A stretch of 64,000 bases of DNA from an uncultured delta proteobacterium (lineage in GTDB: Bacteria > Desulfobacterota > Syntrophobacteria > BM002), in assembly GCA_963712115.1 (NCBI GenBank), contig CAVQGX010000042.1, positions 32,001-96,000 on the forward strand, given 5' to 3'. The notes under the pieces are model-generated. The model made no database searches. It was given only the letters and a program-made list of their open reading frames with translations, and had not been told where the DNA came from. This document shows, in pieces, positions 1-9,458 of this stretch. Both the position numbers and the translations under genes were made by a program. The first letter of the stretch is position 1. Each line of letters begins with the position of its first letter.

Positions 1-7
1 CCACCTA

Positions 8-2215
8 GTGTCGGCGGCTCATCCATACGGCACGACAAATCCCCCTACCCTGCACCCGCTGCTGGAACTCAACCCGCTGTGGGAGGCAGGTTCTCAATTG
101 GCGAGCCGCAGTGCCTCCAGCCGGGTTATCCATACCTTCGCGGACTCGAACGGTTTCATACCCTTCACCGAAGCCAATGAAGGCGAGCTCAAACCCTACC
201 TGGATCTGGCCGACGATGAGGCTACTGGGTTATACAACTACCTGGGTCCTGACGAAGACAAGCGGGTGACCAACCTTATCAGGTACATCCGCGGGCTTGA
301 TTCAGCTACAGACTTCGTAGACACAACTAACACCAGAAACCGCACCCTGGACGGCAAGGTGTGGAAGCTGGGCGACATAGTCCATTCCACCCCCACTCCG
401 GTGGGACGCCCGGCGGACAACTACGATATCATCTATGGAGATGACACCTATGCGGCTTATTACAGGCTCCACAAGAACAGGGAAATCGCAGTCTACACCG
501 GGGCCAACGACGGTATGCTCCATGCCTTCCTGGCGGGCGTTTTCGAGCCGGGAGCCAGCCTGACAGGCAATGGTGCCAAATTTACCGTGGACAACACCAA
601 ATACTCAGGCCTAGATGCGGGCGACGAGATCTGGGCCTACATCCCCCAGAATCTTCTTCCGCACCTCAAATGGCTGGCAGATCCAAATTACATTGAGGGC
701 ACCCACGTCTACTACGTGGACCTAAAGCCAAGGATCTTCGACGTCAGGCTGTACGAGGGTGCTGACGTCGGTGGCCCTCTCAATACTTTGTGGACAACGA
801 CTATGACCGCCGAACAAAGGGCCGAAAGACCCAATGGTTGGTGCACCCTCCTTGTGGGCGGTATGCGTTTTGGTGGGGGCAGCATCACCGTATCTGGTGA
901 TTGGGACTATGCCGGTCCTAATGGGAACACTAATAGGACTTTTAGCAGCACTTACTTCGCCATAGACATCACCGACCCCAAGGAACCCGTGTTCCTGTGG
1001 GAGAAAACCTACACCGGGTTGGGGTTTACCACCTCCTTTCCTGCTGTATTCAAGGTGGACGACAAGCAAATTATCGGCACAGAGCCCAACGAATCAGTGC
1101 AGGTGGACGGCCGGCACTGGTACCTTTTCTTTGGCTCCGGGCCCACCACCTATGAGGGCACCAGCACTCAGAACGGCAGGATCTTTCTGGTGGATCTGGC
1201 CACCGGAGATCCGGCACGGGTCTTTACCGAGTCCACTCACCCAACAAAAGGCACCACGGCCTCGCTGCCTCCTGCCGGTTTCATGGGCTCGCCGGTTACT
1301 GTCGATCTCAGCGTGGACTATTCGGTCAATGTGGCCTACATCGGTGAGAGCGATGATGACGGCGGAGCCTTATATCGACTCCAGGTTCCCGCCGCTCTCG
1401 ACTATGTCAACGACCAACCTGTTTTACTTTATACGGTCACCCCTAGTACCTGGGTCCTGAGCCAAATGCTAAAAACTGAACATCCAGTCACTGCTGCCCC
1501 TGCAGCGGCGGTGGGCACGGATGATTCTGGCAGCAGTCTCTGGATTTACTTCGGCACCGGACGCTACCTGTCCAATGGGGACAAGACTAACACCGATCCG
1601 CAATACCTTGTTGGCCTGAAAGATCCTTACTACAATGGACTGCTCTTGGATGCTCAGCGGGACGCTATCCTTGACTTGGAACCCCTCGCTGTCGCTCCTG
1701 TTGATAGCGACAGTAACAATCTCTTTTTCGATACCACGGGGGTGAGGATTTATACGGACGGCTCTACTTCAATAGCCGGTACTACTTTTGGCGATCTGAA
1801 AATAGAGCAGTCCTATGATGAGCGCTATGCGTGCGGCTGGTACAAGGAACTGGAGAGCGGCGAGCGGATCATTAACAAGCCTTCGGTTCTGGGCGGCATT
1901 CTCTTGGCGCCTTCCTTCGTGCCGAATCAAGACGTCTGTGGTTTCGGTGGCAGCAGCTATCTCCATGCCCTCTACTTTGAAACCGGTACCGCCTTTTACA
2001 AGAGCGTGGTGGGGCTGGATGATGCAGACCCAGGCAGAGTTCTGGACAGGATCAATCTGGGTTTGGGTATTTCTTCAAGTCTTGGTATCCATGTAGGCCG
2101 TGAGGGCGGCGCCAGGGGCTTCATCCAGCAATCCACCGGCACCATTGCTCAAATTAACCTGAACCCGGCTTTTAGTATCAAGAGCGGCTTCGTGAACTGG
2201 CGCGAAGTCAGATAA
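8..2215 (+). CDS. pilY1: Type IV pilus adhesin PilY1/PilC, C-terminal beta-propeller part (5' end outside window)
   Basis: Motifs WKLGDIVHSTP, YTGANDGMLHAF, EIWAYIP, YYVD, YFGTGRY, GWYKEL and terminal VNWRE are typical of PilY1 C-terminal domains; frame open at window start. Confidence 0.88.
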   Translation: MSAAHPYGTTNPPTLHPLLELNPLWEAGSQLASRSASSRVIHTFADSNGFIPFTEANEGELKPYLDLADDEATGLYNYLGPDEDKRVTNLIRYIRGLDSATDFVDTTNTRNRTLDGKVWKLGDIVHSTPTPVGRPADNYDIIYGDDTYAAYYRLHKNREIAVYTGANDGMLHAFLAGVFEPGASLTGNGAKFTVDNTKYSGLDAGDEIWAYIPQNLLPHLKWLADPNYIEGTHVYYVDLKPRIFDVRLYEGADVGGPLNTLWTTTMTAEQRAERPNGWCTLLVGGMRFGGGSITVSGDWDYAGPNGNTNRTFSSTYFAIDITDPKEPVFLWEKTYTGLGFTTSFPAVFKVDDKQIIGTEPNESVQVDGRHWYLFFGSGPTTYEGTSTQNGRIFLVDLATGDPARVFTESTHPTKGTTASLPPAGFMGSPVTVDLSVDYSVNVAYIGESDDDGGALYRLQVPAALDYVNDQPVLLYTVTPSTWVLSQMLKTEHPVTAAPAAAVGTDDSGSSLWIYFGTGRYLSNGDKTNTDPQYLVGLKDPYYNGLLLDAQRDAILDLEPLAVAPVDSDSNNLFFDTTGVRIYTDGSTSIAGTTFGDLKIEQSYDERYACGWYKELESGERIINKPSVLGGILLAPSFVPNQDVCGFGGSSYLHALYFETGTAFYKSVVGLDDADPGRVLDRINLGLGISSSLGIHVGREGGARGFIQQSTGTIAQINLNPAFSIKSGFVNWREVR

Positions 2216-2227
2216 GGGGGAGATTTC

Positions 2228-2605
2228 ATGTCAACACGTAAGATCTGCTTAGTTCTCGCTCTGAGTCTGCTGCTCGCAGCAGGTCAGGTGATGATTGGCT
2301 TGGCTGGGCAAGACAACCCTGGCAAACAGGCAAAGTTGGTTTCCACCGAGACCCTGCGGATAATGGACAAAGGGGTTGACTGTATCTACGTCGGCGAGCA
2401 ACCCCTGTACGTATTACCGGAAATTACCAAAATAACCAACAAATATGGCACCACTACTAGCCTGGACAGGCTGCGCATCCCCTGCCTGGCCGAGGTTACC
2501 TACACCAGGTGGATGAAGGGGGTAGACAAGCTGCCGGTGGTGGTTGAGTTGAAAGTAAAAAGAGAGTACCGCAATGCCACCGCCACCAGTTCCAGGGAAA
2601 TGTAA
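2228..2605 (+). CDS. Small exported hypothetical protein, probably co-transcribed with pilY1
   Basis: GGGGAG RBS, N-terminal signal peptide, 12 nt after pilY1 stop. Confidence 0.7.
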   Translation: MSTRKICLVLALSLLLAAGQVMIGLAGQDNPGKQAKLVSTETLRIMDKGVDCIYVGEQPLYVLPEITKITNKYGTTTSLDRLRIPCLAEVTYTRWMKGVDKLPVVVELKVKREYRNATATSSREM

Positions 2606-2700
2606 AGTAAGCCAGAAAGGAGGATGTCAAAAAAAGTAAGTAAAGGATGCATCCAACAAAGATGCCATCTTATCCAGAGATCTAAAGGGGGAGGGGCGCC

Positions 2701-4728
2701 ATGAAAATGAAATTTTACCAGAGGATATTGATCCTACCGGTCCTAGTACTGCTGTGGAGCGCACTGGTTCCGTGTCTTGCCAGCGGTCAAGATTCCTTTG
2801 TCATCTCTGAAACCAGATTGACCAACAGTGAGGCTGAGTCAGCAGGGGACGAATTCGGCTACGGGGTGGCCATTGATGGTAGCACGCTAGTGGTCGGGGC
2901 TCCTTGGGCCGATGACGGGGCGAGCAATTCAGGTTCCGCCCACCTGTTCAGGCATACCGATGGTAATAACTTCCCGCAGACCAAACTCACTGAGAGTGAT
3001 GACCCTCAGACAGATGACCGTTTCGGCAATTCCGTGGATATCAGTGGTGACGCTCTAGTCATTGGAGCTTATTTAGACGATATTAATGCAAGAAATGCGG
3101 GCTCGGCCTTTGTATGGACTATTAACGAGCAAATTCGGCTAACTGGTGACTCCGAAGCAGGAAACGAATTCGGCTATGCAGTGGCCATAAGTGGCGATGT
3201 GGTGGTGGTCGGAGCCCATAAAGACGATGATAAGGGCCGTTATTCAGGCTCCGTCTATGTTTTCAGAAATAATGGATCCACCTGGATTCAAGAGGCTAAA
3301 CTCTTGGCCGGCGATGCTCTGGGAGGAGAAAAATTCGGCTCCTCCGTAGCCATTGACGGTGATACCATTGTAGTTGGGGCTATTTATGGTGGCGAGGGAG
3401 ATTCAAAATCAGGCTCTGTCTATGTGTTTAAGTACAACGGTTCTGACTGGGAAGAAGAGGCTGAACTTTTTGTAGAGCCCCGGGGGGATAGTGATAAGTT
3501 CGGCTATTCAGTGGCTATCGAGGGTGACACCATTATCGTTGGGGCACCCTATCACAGTTACGGGGAGGACGTTTCGGGCGCAGCTTATGTGTTTCGTCAT
3601 AGTGACGCAACCTGGATAGAAGAAGCCAAGCTCACCGATTCTGGTCTTTCCGAAGATGCCCGTTTTGGCAACAGCGTAGCCCTAAGCGGAAACACTGTGG
3701 TGGTTGGAGCTTATAAAGCTGACGCTTTAGACGTGGACAACAATCTCCTGCTAGATGTCGGCTCGGTCTATGTGTTTAGGTTTGACGGGTCTGGTTGGCC
3801 GGAAAAGGCCATACTAACCCCCTCTGATGCTGCGGCAGGAGATGAGTTCGGCTATGGAGTGGCCATAAGCGGCGACATTGTGGTGGTGGGGGCCCATAAA
3901 GATGACGGTTTGGACGTGGACGACAATGTCATGCTAGATGCAGGCTCTGCCTATATTTTCACCCTAGTTCCTGAGAATCATCCTCCTGTGGCCGATGCCG
4001 GGGAGAACCTGGAGGTCGAAGAAGGTTCTCCGGTCACTTTGGACGGATCTGACAGTTATGACCTCGATGGTGATGACCTGAGATACTCATGGACGCAGAC
4101 TGATGGGCCAGATGTTGACCTCGGCACTGCAAATGAAGCAACGCTAACCTTCACGGCACCTCCCTGGTCGGCCGGAAATGAGCACCTCACATTTCAGCTT
4201 GAGGTCAAAGATGATAGTGAAGCTGCTAGCACCGATGAGGTTAAGATCACCGTCTTGCAAAGCACAAACAGTATTACGGAGATCAACTCTGTTTTAGGTT
4301 CTGAGCATGGCCCATGGGGTATTGACAAGGACATATACACCTTCCATGGCACAGAAGGGAAGCAGGTGACTGTCACCCTCAAGGCTAAATCGGCTGGGAA
4401 GAACAATCACGGCGACCGCGCAACTCTGAAACTGAAGGATAATATAAGGGGTGTCAGTTTTTACAGGATAGACTCCGGTAGACTGCCAAACCAAATATCT
4501 GCGACCTTGCCTGCAACTGGTGAATACCAAGTCATTGTCGCTGGACAACCCAGGTTTTTCAGAGGCAAAAGGTTCTTGGGCGAATATACTATTACCCTGG
4601 AAGGCAATTCGGCAAGTCTGGAGAAAGGTGCAGGTTCTTCTGCTGCTCATAATAAGCCGGGGTGCTCTACCAAACCCGACAAGCAGCACCCTATCTGGAG
4701 CTGGATTTTAAGTCGTTTCAAACACTGA
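2701..4728 (+). CDS. Secreted FG-GAP repeat (integrin-alpha-like propeller) protein with PKD-like and PPC-like C-terminal domains
   Basis: Signal peptide; seven FGxxVAIxGDxxVVGA repeats; NHPPVADAG...LDGSDSYD PKD-type segment; DIYTFHGTEGKQVTVTL PPC-like segment. Confidence 0.85.
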   Translation: MKMKFYQRILILPVLVLLWSALVPCLASGQDSFVISETRLTNSEAESAGDEFGYGVAIDGSTLVVGAPWADDGASNSGSAHLFRHTDGNNFPQTKLTESDDPQTDDRFGNSVDISGDALVIGAYLDDINARNAGSAFVWTINEQIRLTGDSEAGNEFGYAVAISGDVVVVGAHKDDDKGRYSGSVYVFRNNGSTWIQEAKLLAGDALGGEKFGSSVAIDGDTIVVGAIYGGEGDSKSGSVYVFKYNGSDWEEEAELFVEPRGDSDKFGYSVAIEGDTIIVGAPYHSYGEDVSGAAYVFRHSDATWIEEAKLTDSGLSEDARFGNSVALSGNTVVVGAYKADALDVDNNLLLDVGSVYVFRFDGSGWPEKAILTPSDAAAGDEFGYGVAISGDIVVVGAHKDDGLDVDDNVMLDAGSAYIFTLVPENHPPVADAGENLEVEEGSPVTLDGSDSYDLDGDDLRYSWTQTDGPDVDLGTANEATLTFTAPPWSAGNEHLTFQLEVKDDSEAASTDEVKITVLQSTNSITEINSVLGSEHGPWGIDKDIYTFHGTEGKQVTVTLKAKSAGKNNHGDRATLKLKDNIRGVSFYRIDSGRLPNQISATLPATGEYQVIVAGQPRFFRGKRFLGEYTITLEGNSASLEKGAGSSAAHNKPGCSTKPDKQHPIWSWILSRFKH

Positions 4729-4771
4729 GCAAAGGGTTATCACTGCCAAACTATAATTATAAGGTGGCACG

Positions 4772-4801
4772 AGGCAGAGTCGGTAGCGACTCTGCCTTTT
4801 T
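4772..4801 (+). terminator. Intrinsic terminator
   Basis: AGGCAGAGTCG-GTAG-CGACTCTGCCT perfect 11-bp stem followed by T run, just after the FG-GAP gene. Confidence 0.8.
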
Positions 4802-5132
4802 ATTGCTTGCTTCGATTCGCTTTTATTGGTAGAGTGCCTCCAAATTATTGAGAGCTCTGAATCTGTTAAATTTTTAATATCAATAGAAAATATTCTAAAA
4901 AAAGTTGTGTTCCAGGGGCAGGATTGCTATAGTAGCAAAAATTCCATACCTACCTGGTAAAACTGTAGCTTTTTCGCAACACTAATAGGTTAAATTCTGC
5001 TCAAGGCAGGGTTAATGCTACCATGAAGTGGCGCCGATTTGGACTGATTCTTTTCCAATTTTTGTTTATATTTCAAGTGGTTGACATCATTAGTACAATT
5101 TATCTGGCTATTCTAGCAAAATCCCCTCACCA

Positions 5133-5149
5133 TAGGCATGCTTATTGCT
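5133..5149 (+). promoter_or_regulatory. Sigma-54 (-24/-12) promoter of lpxC
   Basis: taGGCATGCTTATTGCt: GG 5135-5136, 10 nt, GC 5147-5148; 35 nt before lpxC ATG. Confidence 0.65.
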
Positions 5150-5183
5150 CTAAAGTTACCTCCATTCTTCAGGAGACCAGTTA

Positions 5184-6113
5184 ATGCCCCTGCACCAGCG
5201 TACTGTTCAAGGCGAAATCGGCTGTACTGGAATCGGCCTGCACACGGGGAAAAAAGTCGCCATAACCATCAAGCCACTGCCGCCCAACAGCGGCATACGC
5301 TTCTGCCGCAGTGATCTTGTGGACTCCCCTTATATTACCGCCCGTCTCGAGAATGTGGTGGACACCAGGCTGGCAACTACTATTGGCCGCAACGGGCATA
5401 TTGTTTCCACGGTTGAACACCTCATGTCTGCCTTTGCTGGCATGGGAATCGACAATGCCCTGGTTGAATTGGACGGCCCGGAAATCCCCATCATGGACGG
5501 CAGCGCCGGGCCTTTTATGTATCTCTTAAGAAACGTTGGGATCAGACTGCAAGATGAGGTTAAGAAGTTTTTCTTAATCAAAAAACCTTTCAGCCTCAAG
5601 AGTGGAGATAAGAATATCAGCGTGTATCCATGCCGCGAATTAAAGATTACCTATATTATTGACTTCGATCACCCCTTACTTTCAGAGCAGACTTACGTTT
5701 TGCGCTTCTCTGGTCCTACCTTTATGAAAGAGATCAGCCGAGCTCGCACTTTTGGTTTCCTCAAAGATGTTGAGACCTTGAAAAACAACGGTTTCGCCCA
5801 AGGGGGCTCGTTGAATAACGCCATTGTCTTGGACGATTTTCGGGTTCTCAACTCGGACGGCCTTCGTTACAGAGACGAGTTTGTCCGCCACAAAATACTT
5901 GACCTCATCGGCGACCTTCACCTTTTGGGTATGCCCATTATTGGACACTTCGTCATTAATAAATCTGGACACACCCTTAATCACATCTTTCTCACAGAGC
6001 TTCGCAAGAGGAAAAAATGTTGGAAAACGGCCAAATTTCTTGATGAACATGCCCGCGAGGACCGAAAGATTTTGGTTCCCACTTTCGACTTTCCTCAGCC
6101 CGCCACAGTCTGA
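5184..6113 (+). CDS. lpxC: UDP-3-O-acyl-N-acetylglucosamine deacetylase
   Basis: GIGLHTG, STVEHLMSA, EIPIMDGSA, ARTFGF, RHKILDLIGD motifs. Confidence 0.97.
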   Translation: MPLHQRTVQGEIGCTGIGLHTGKKVAITIKPLPPNSGIRFCRSDLVDSPYITARLENVVDTRLATTIGRNGHIVSTVEHLMSAFAGMGIDNALVELDGPEIPIMDGSAGPFMYLLRNVGIRLQDEVKKFFLIKKPFSLKSGDKNISVYPCRELKITYIIDFDHPLLSEQTYVLRFSGPTFMKEISRARTFGFLKDVETLKNNGFAQGGSLNNAIVLDDFRVLNSDGLRYRDEFVRHKILDLIGDLHLLGMPIIGHFVINKSGHTLNHIFLTELRKRKKCWKTAKFLDEHAREDRKILVPTFDFPQPATV

Positions 6114-6367
6114 ACTACTCTCCTCCGAACCCTCTTGCAATTTAGGCCTCTTTCAGATAACATCCCAAGTTAATTAATTGAAAATCTTGCGATTGTTAAA
6201 ACAAACGAGGAGTCTTTCCACAAATTTCCCGTGGTGGCTTGACCTAATTCCGCAAAGCGGAAACAGATGTGGGCAAGATATAATGGTTGAGGCTACAATT
6301 CGGGATAGGGACGCTCCCCTTGGGCCAATTCAAACCTCTTTGTCTGTGGGCACAGAGGCATCTAATC

Positions 6368-6946
6368 ATGTCCGTACTCCGGCGCCATTCACATATCTTT
6401 TTGCTATTTCTACTTCTCTGCCTCCTATGGTCGTCCCCTTCCCCACTCCGGGCCGCCGAGGCCACCCTATCCGATATAATAGTCACCAATACCCAGGAGG
6501 ACCTTCTTGTATTTTTTGATATTCAGGGCTGCTTTACCCGGGAGATGGAGGAGGCAATAGTCAACGGCATTCCTACTACGTTTACCATTATTATCAGGCT
6601 TTATAAAACCCGCACGCTTTGGTTTGACGGCTCTATCTCTTCCTTAAGGTTGGAACACACTATAAAGTATGACAGCCTGAAAAACGAATTTCGCGTAACC
6701 CGTTCGGAAGACAACAACAACGAACTAGTATTTAAGGAGTTCGAAGCGGCCAAAAAGGTCATGGCGGGAATTAGTAACATAGAGGTCGTACCACTGAAGG
6801 AGCTTCAAAGGAATAGTAAATATCAGCTCCGGGTGAAAGCAGAATTGGAAAAAGTCCGTCTGCCTCTTTATCTCCACTACGTCCTTTTTTTCGTAACCCT
6901 GTGGGACTTTGAAACGGACTGGTACACGGTTGACTTCACTTACTAA
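6368..6946 (+). CDS. DUF4390-like exported protein (start moved to ATG 6368)
   Basis: Signal peptide, EAIVNGIP and WDFETDW motifs, typical position upstream of ntrY/ntrX. Confidence 0.75.
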   Translation: MSVLRRHSHIFLLFLLLCLLWSSPSPLRAAEATLSDIIVTNTQEDLLVFFDIQGCFTREMEEAIVNGIPTTFTIIIRLYKTRTLWFDGSISSLRLEHTIKYDSLKNEFRVTRSEDNNNELVFKEFEAAKKVMAGISNIEVVPLKELQRNSKYQLRVKAELEKVRLPLYLHYVLFFVTLWDFETDWYTVDFTY

Positions 6947-7056
6947 GAGAAGCATTTATAATCTTTTTATCAGTTAACCACTCAGCCACAGGCCAAGGGG
7001 GTTGTGAAGCAATTGCTACCCCATTGGCCGAATAATGCTAGCAGCAACAAAGAGCC

Positions 7057-9321
7057 ATGTTATCGCCAAAAAGACCTGATCGCACCGCGGAACAAAGGCG
7101 GAGGAGACGAGAAAGAATCATTATTATCGTCGCCCTGCCCCTCATACTTCTCCTTACCTACCTTGAGAGCCACTTTCTTCAGGTTGGCAGCAAGCTCCCC
7201 ATGGGCAGTAACATCGTTATTTTCGCCCTAATGAACATCAATGTGATCCTGTTGCTGTTCCTTCTCTATTTGATCGCCCGCAATGTGGTTAAGCTCATAT
7301 TTGAGCGGAAGCAGAACATTTTCGGACATCGACTGCGCACAAAGCTGGTGATCACCTTTATCACCCTTTCCTTGATACCAACCATCGTTCTCTTTGGATT
7401 GGCCACCCAGTTCATCTCCACCAGTATGGAATACTGGTACAATATACAAGTGGAGCAGTCGCTAAAAAAATCGCTACAAGTGGCCCAATCTCTCTATCAG
7501 AAAGCCATTGATTCCGGCTTCATCGTTAGCGCCCAGTTAAGTGAACTGATCTCCCGACACGACATGCTCAACAGAGACAAGAGCAAACAACTAACGGAAC
7601 TTACGCAGGAAGCCCGTCGTGCCCATGATCTCCATCACATTGCCGTTTACTTACCCAGTCTGCAGCTCATGGCAAGTGACACTAAAGATAAATCTCCTCC
7701 TATTATCCTCGACGAGTCCATGGGCAAAGTAATAAGGCAGACGTTTGAAGAACGTCAATCCCTGAATCACATCAACTCAACATCTGCTGGTGATCTGGTC
7801 TGGACTGTGAGTCCCATTCTCGCTTCAGGGGACTCAAAAAAGATAATGGGCATTCTGGTTATCGGAAGATTACTTCCTAAAGATCTTCTTACTGACATGG
7901 CTGAAATCACTACCGGCTTTGAGAATTACCAACAGATGAAAATGTTGAAGAAACCAGTGAAGATGAGCAATCTCATTACCCTTTCTATTGTCACTCTATT
8001 GATTCTCCTCTTCGCCTCCTGGTTCGGCTTTTACCTTGCCAAGAGCATTACTGTGCCTATTCAAGAGCTGGCTGAAGGCACCAGGCGTATTGCCCATGGG
8101 GACCTGGACGTTCATGTTGACCAGGATTCTGATGACGAGATTGGCACCCTGGTCAACTCTTTCAACCGGATGACCCTAGACCTCCAAGCTAGCAAGGCAG
8201 CCCTGGAAAAGAGCAACTTGGAACTGAAACTCACCAGTGAGGAAATAGAGAGAAGGCGGAGGTACATGGAAATAGTCCTGCGCAACGTTGCCGCAGGCGT
8301 GGTCTCGGTAGATGCGGAGGGCCACATCCGGACCATCAATAAATCTTCGGAATCCATATTTAGTCTCAAGGCCGAAGACGTGCTGAATCACCACTACTCT
8401 GAGGTACTGCAAGCAAACCACATGGAGATCGCCAGCAAATTCATTGAAATGCATCAAATTACCAAACAACGCACCTTGCAAAGGCAAGTCCGATCCTTGG
8501 TGGGTAACCGGCTAATGACCCTACTGGTCACGGTCTCTATCTTGCAAGACGAGGAAGGACAATATCTGGGCATTGTGGTGGTCTTTGATGACCTTACCGA
8601 ATTGGAAAAGGCACAGAGAATGGCTGCCTGGCGGGAGGTGGCAAGACGGATCGCTCATGAGATAAAAAACCCCTTGACTCCTATTCAGCTCTCAGCTCAA
8701 AGGTTGAGACGCAAGTACCTCCAGCGCTTTACCGAAGACGGTAAGGTGTTTGACGAATGCACCCGCACCATCATCAATCAGGTGGATGAACTCAAGCTCT
8801 TGGTCAACGAGTTCTCTAACTTCGCTAGGATGCCAACCGCTAATCCCTCGCCCAATGATCTAGCAGAAATCGTCCAGGAAACCCTATCGCTTTTTAGCGA
8901 AAGCCATCCGTCAACCAATTTTATATTCGAACAGCAAGATCCACTTCCTTTGCTGGACCTGGATCGGGAGCAGATGAAAAGGGTTATGATCAACCTTTTA
9001 GACAATGCGGTGGCGGCCGTGGATGAACACGGCGAAATCCGGGTTAATCTCTCTTTCGACGAGATTCTCAAGATTGTACGTCTTGAGGTCTCCGACAACG
9101 GACCTGGCATTCCGGCTGAGCACAAAATAGGCATGTTTGAACCATATTTTTCAACCAAAGAGAAGGGAAGTGGACTTGGCCTTGCTATAGTCAGTAATAT
9201 CATTGCGGATCATCAAGGTTTCATCCGCGTTCGCGACAATCAACCGCAGGGAACCACCATCGTTATCGAACTGCCGGGGGGCAGCCGCACCTCTGCCGAG
9301 TCCGTTACCGAACTAACCTGA
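7057..9321 (+). CDS. ntrY: NtrY-like membrane sensor histidine kinase (HAMP, PAS, HisKA, HATPase)
   Basis: AWREVARRIAHEIKNPLTPIQLSAQRL H-box; NLLDNA, DNGPGI, GSGLGL boxes. Confidence 0.9.
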   Translation: MLSPKRPDRTAEQRRRRRERIIIIVALPLILLLTYLESHFLQVGSKLPMGSNIVIFALMNINVILLLFLLYLIARNVVKLIFERKQNIFGHRLRTKLVITFITLSLIPTIVLFGLATQFISTSMEYWYNIQVEQSLKKSLQVAQSLYQKAIDSGFIVSAQLSELISRHDMLNRDKSKQLTELTQEARRAHDLHHIAVYLPSLQLMASDTKDKSPPIILDESMGKVIRQTFEERQSLNHINSTSAGDLVWTVSPILASGDSKKIMGILVIGRLLPKDLLTDMAEITTGFENYQQMKMLKKPVKMSNLITLSIVTLLILLFASWFGFYLAKSITVPIQELAEGTRRIAHGDLDVHVDQDSDDEIGTLVNSFNRMTLDLQASKAALEKSNLELKLTSEEIERRRRYMEIVLRNVAAGVVSVDAEGHIRTINKSSESIFSLKAEDVLNHHYSEVLQANHMEIASKFIEMHQITKQRTLQRQVRSLVGNRLMTLLVTVSILQDEEGQYLGIVVVFDDLTELEKAQRMAAWREVARRIAHEIKNPLTPIQLSAQRLRRKYLQRFTEDGKVFDECTRTIINQVDELKLLVNEFSNFARMPTANPSPNDLAEIVQETLSLFSESHPSTNFIFEQQDPLPLLDLDREQMKRVMINLLDNAVAAVDEHGEIRVNLSFDEILKIVRLEVSDNGPGIPAEHKIGMFEPYFSTKEKGSGLGLAIVSNIIADHQGFIRVRDNQPQGTTIVIELPGGSRTSAESVTELT

Positions 9322-9345
9322 TGTTAGCGCCCCTTGAATGCAGGA

Positions 9346-9441
9346 GATACTGGATGCTGGGTGCTGGATACTAGATATTAGATGAACATATGAGTTCTGT
9401 AATAAAAATCTAGCATCCAGGATCTAGTATCAAGAATCTAG
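9346..9441. repeat. Inverted pair of heptamer tandem arms (GATRCTG / CTAGYAT) between ntrY and ntrX
   Basis: gatactg gatgctg ggtgctg gatacta gatatta ... aatctag catccag gatctag tatcaag aatctag. Confidence 0.85.
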
Positions 9442-9458
9442 TGAAGAGTCGTTTAACT

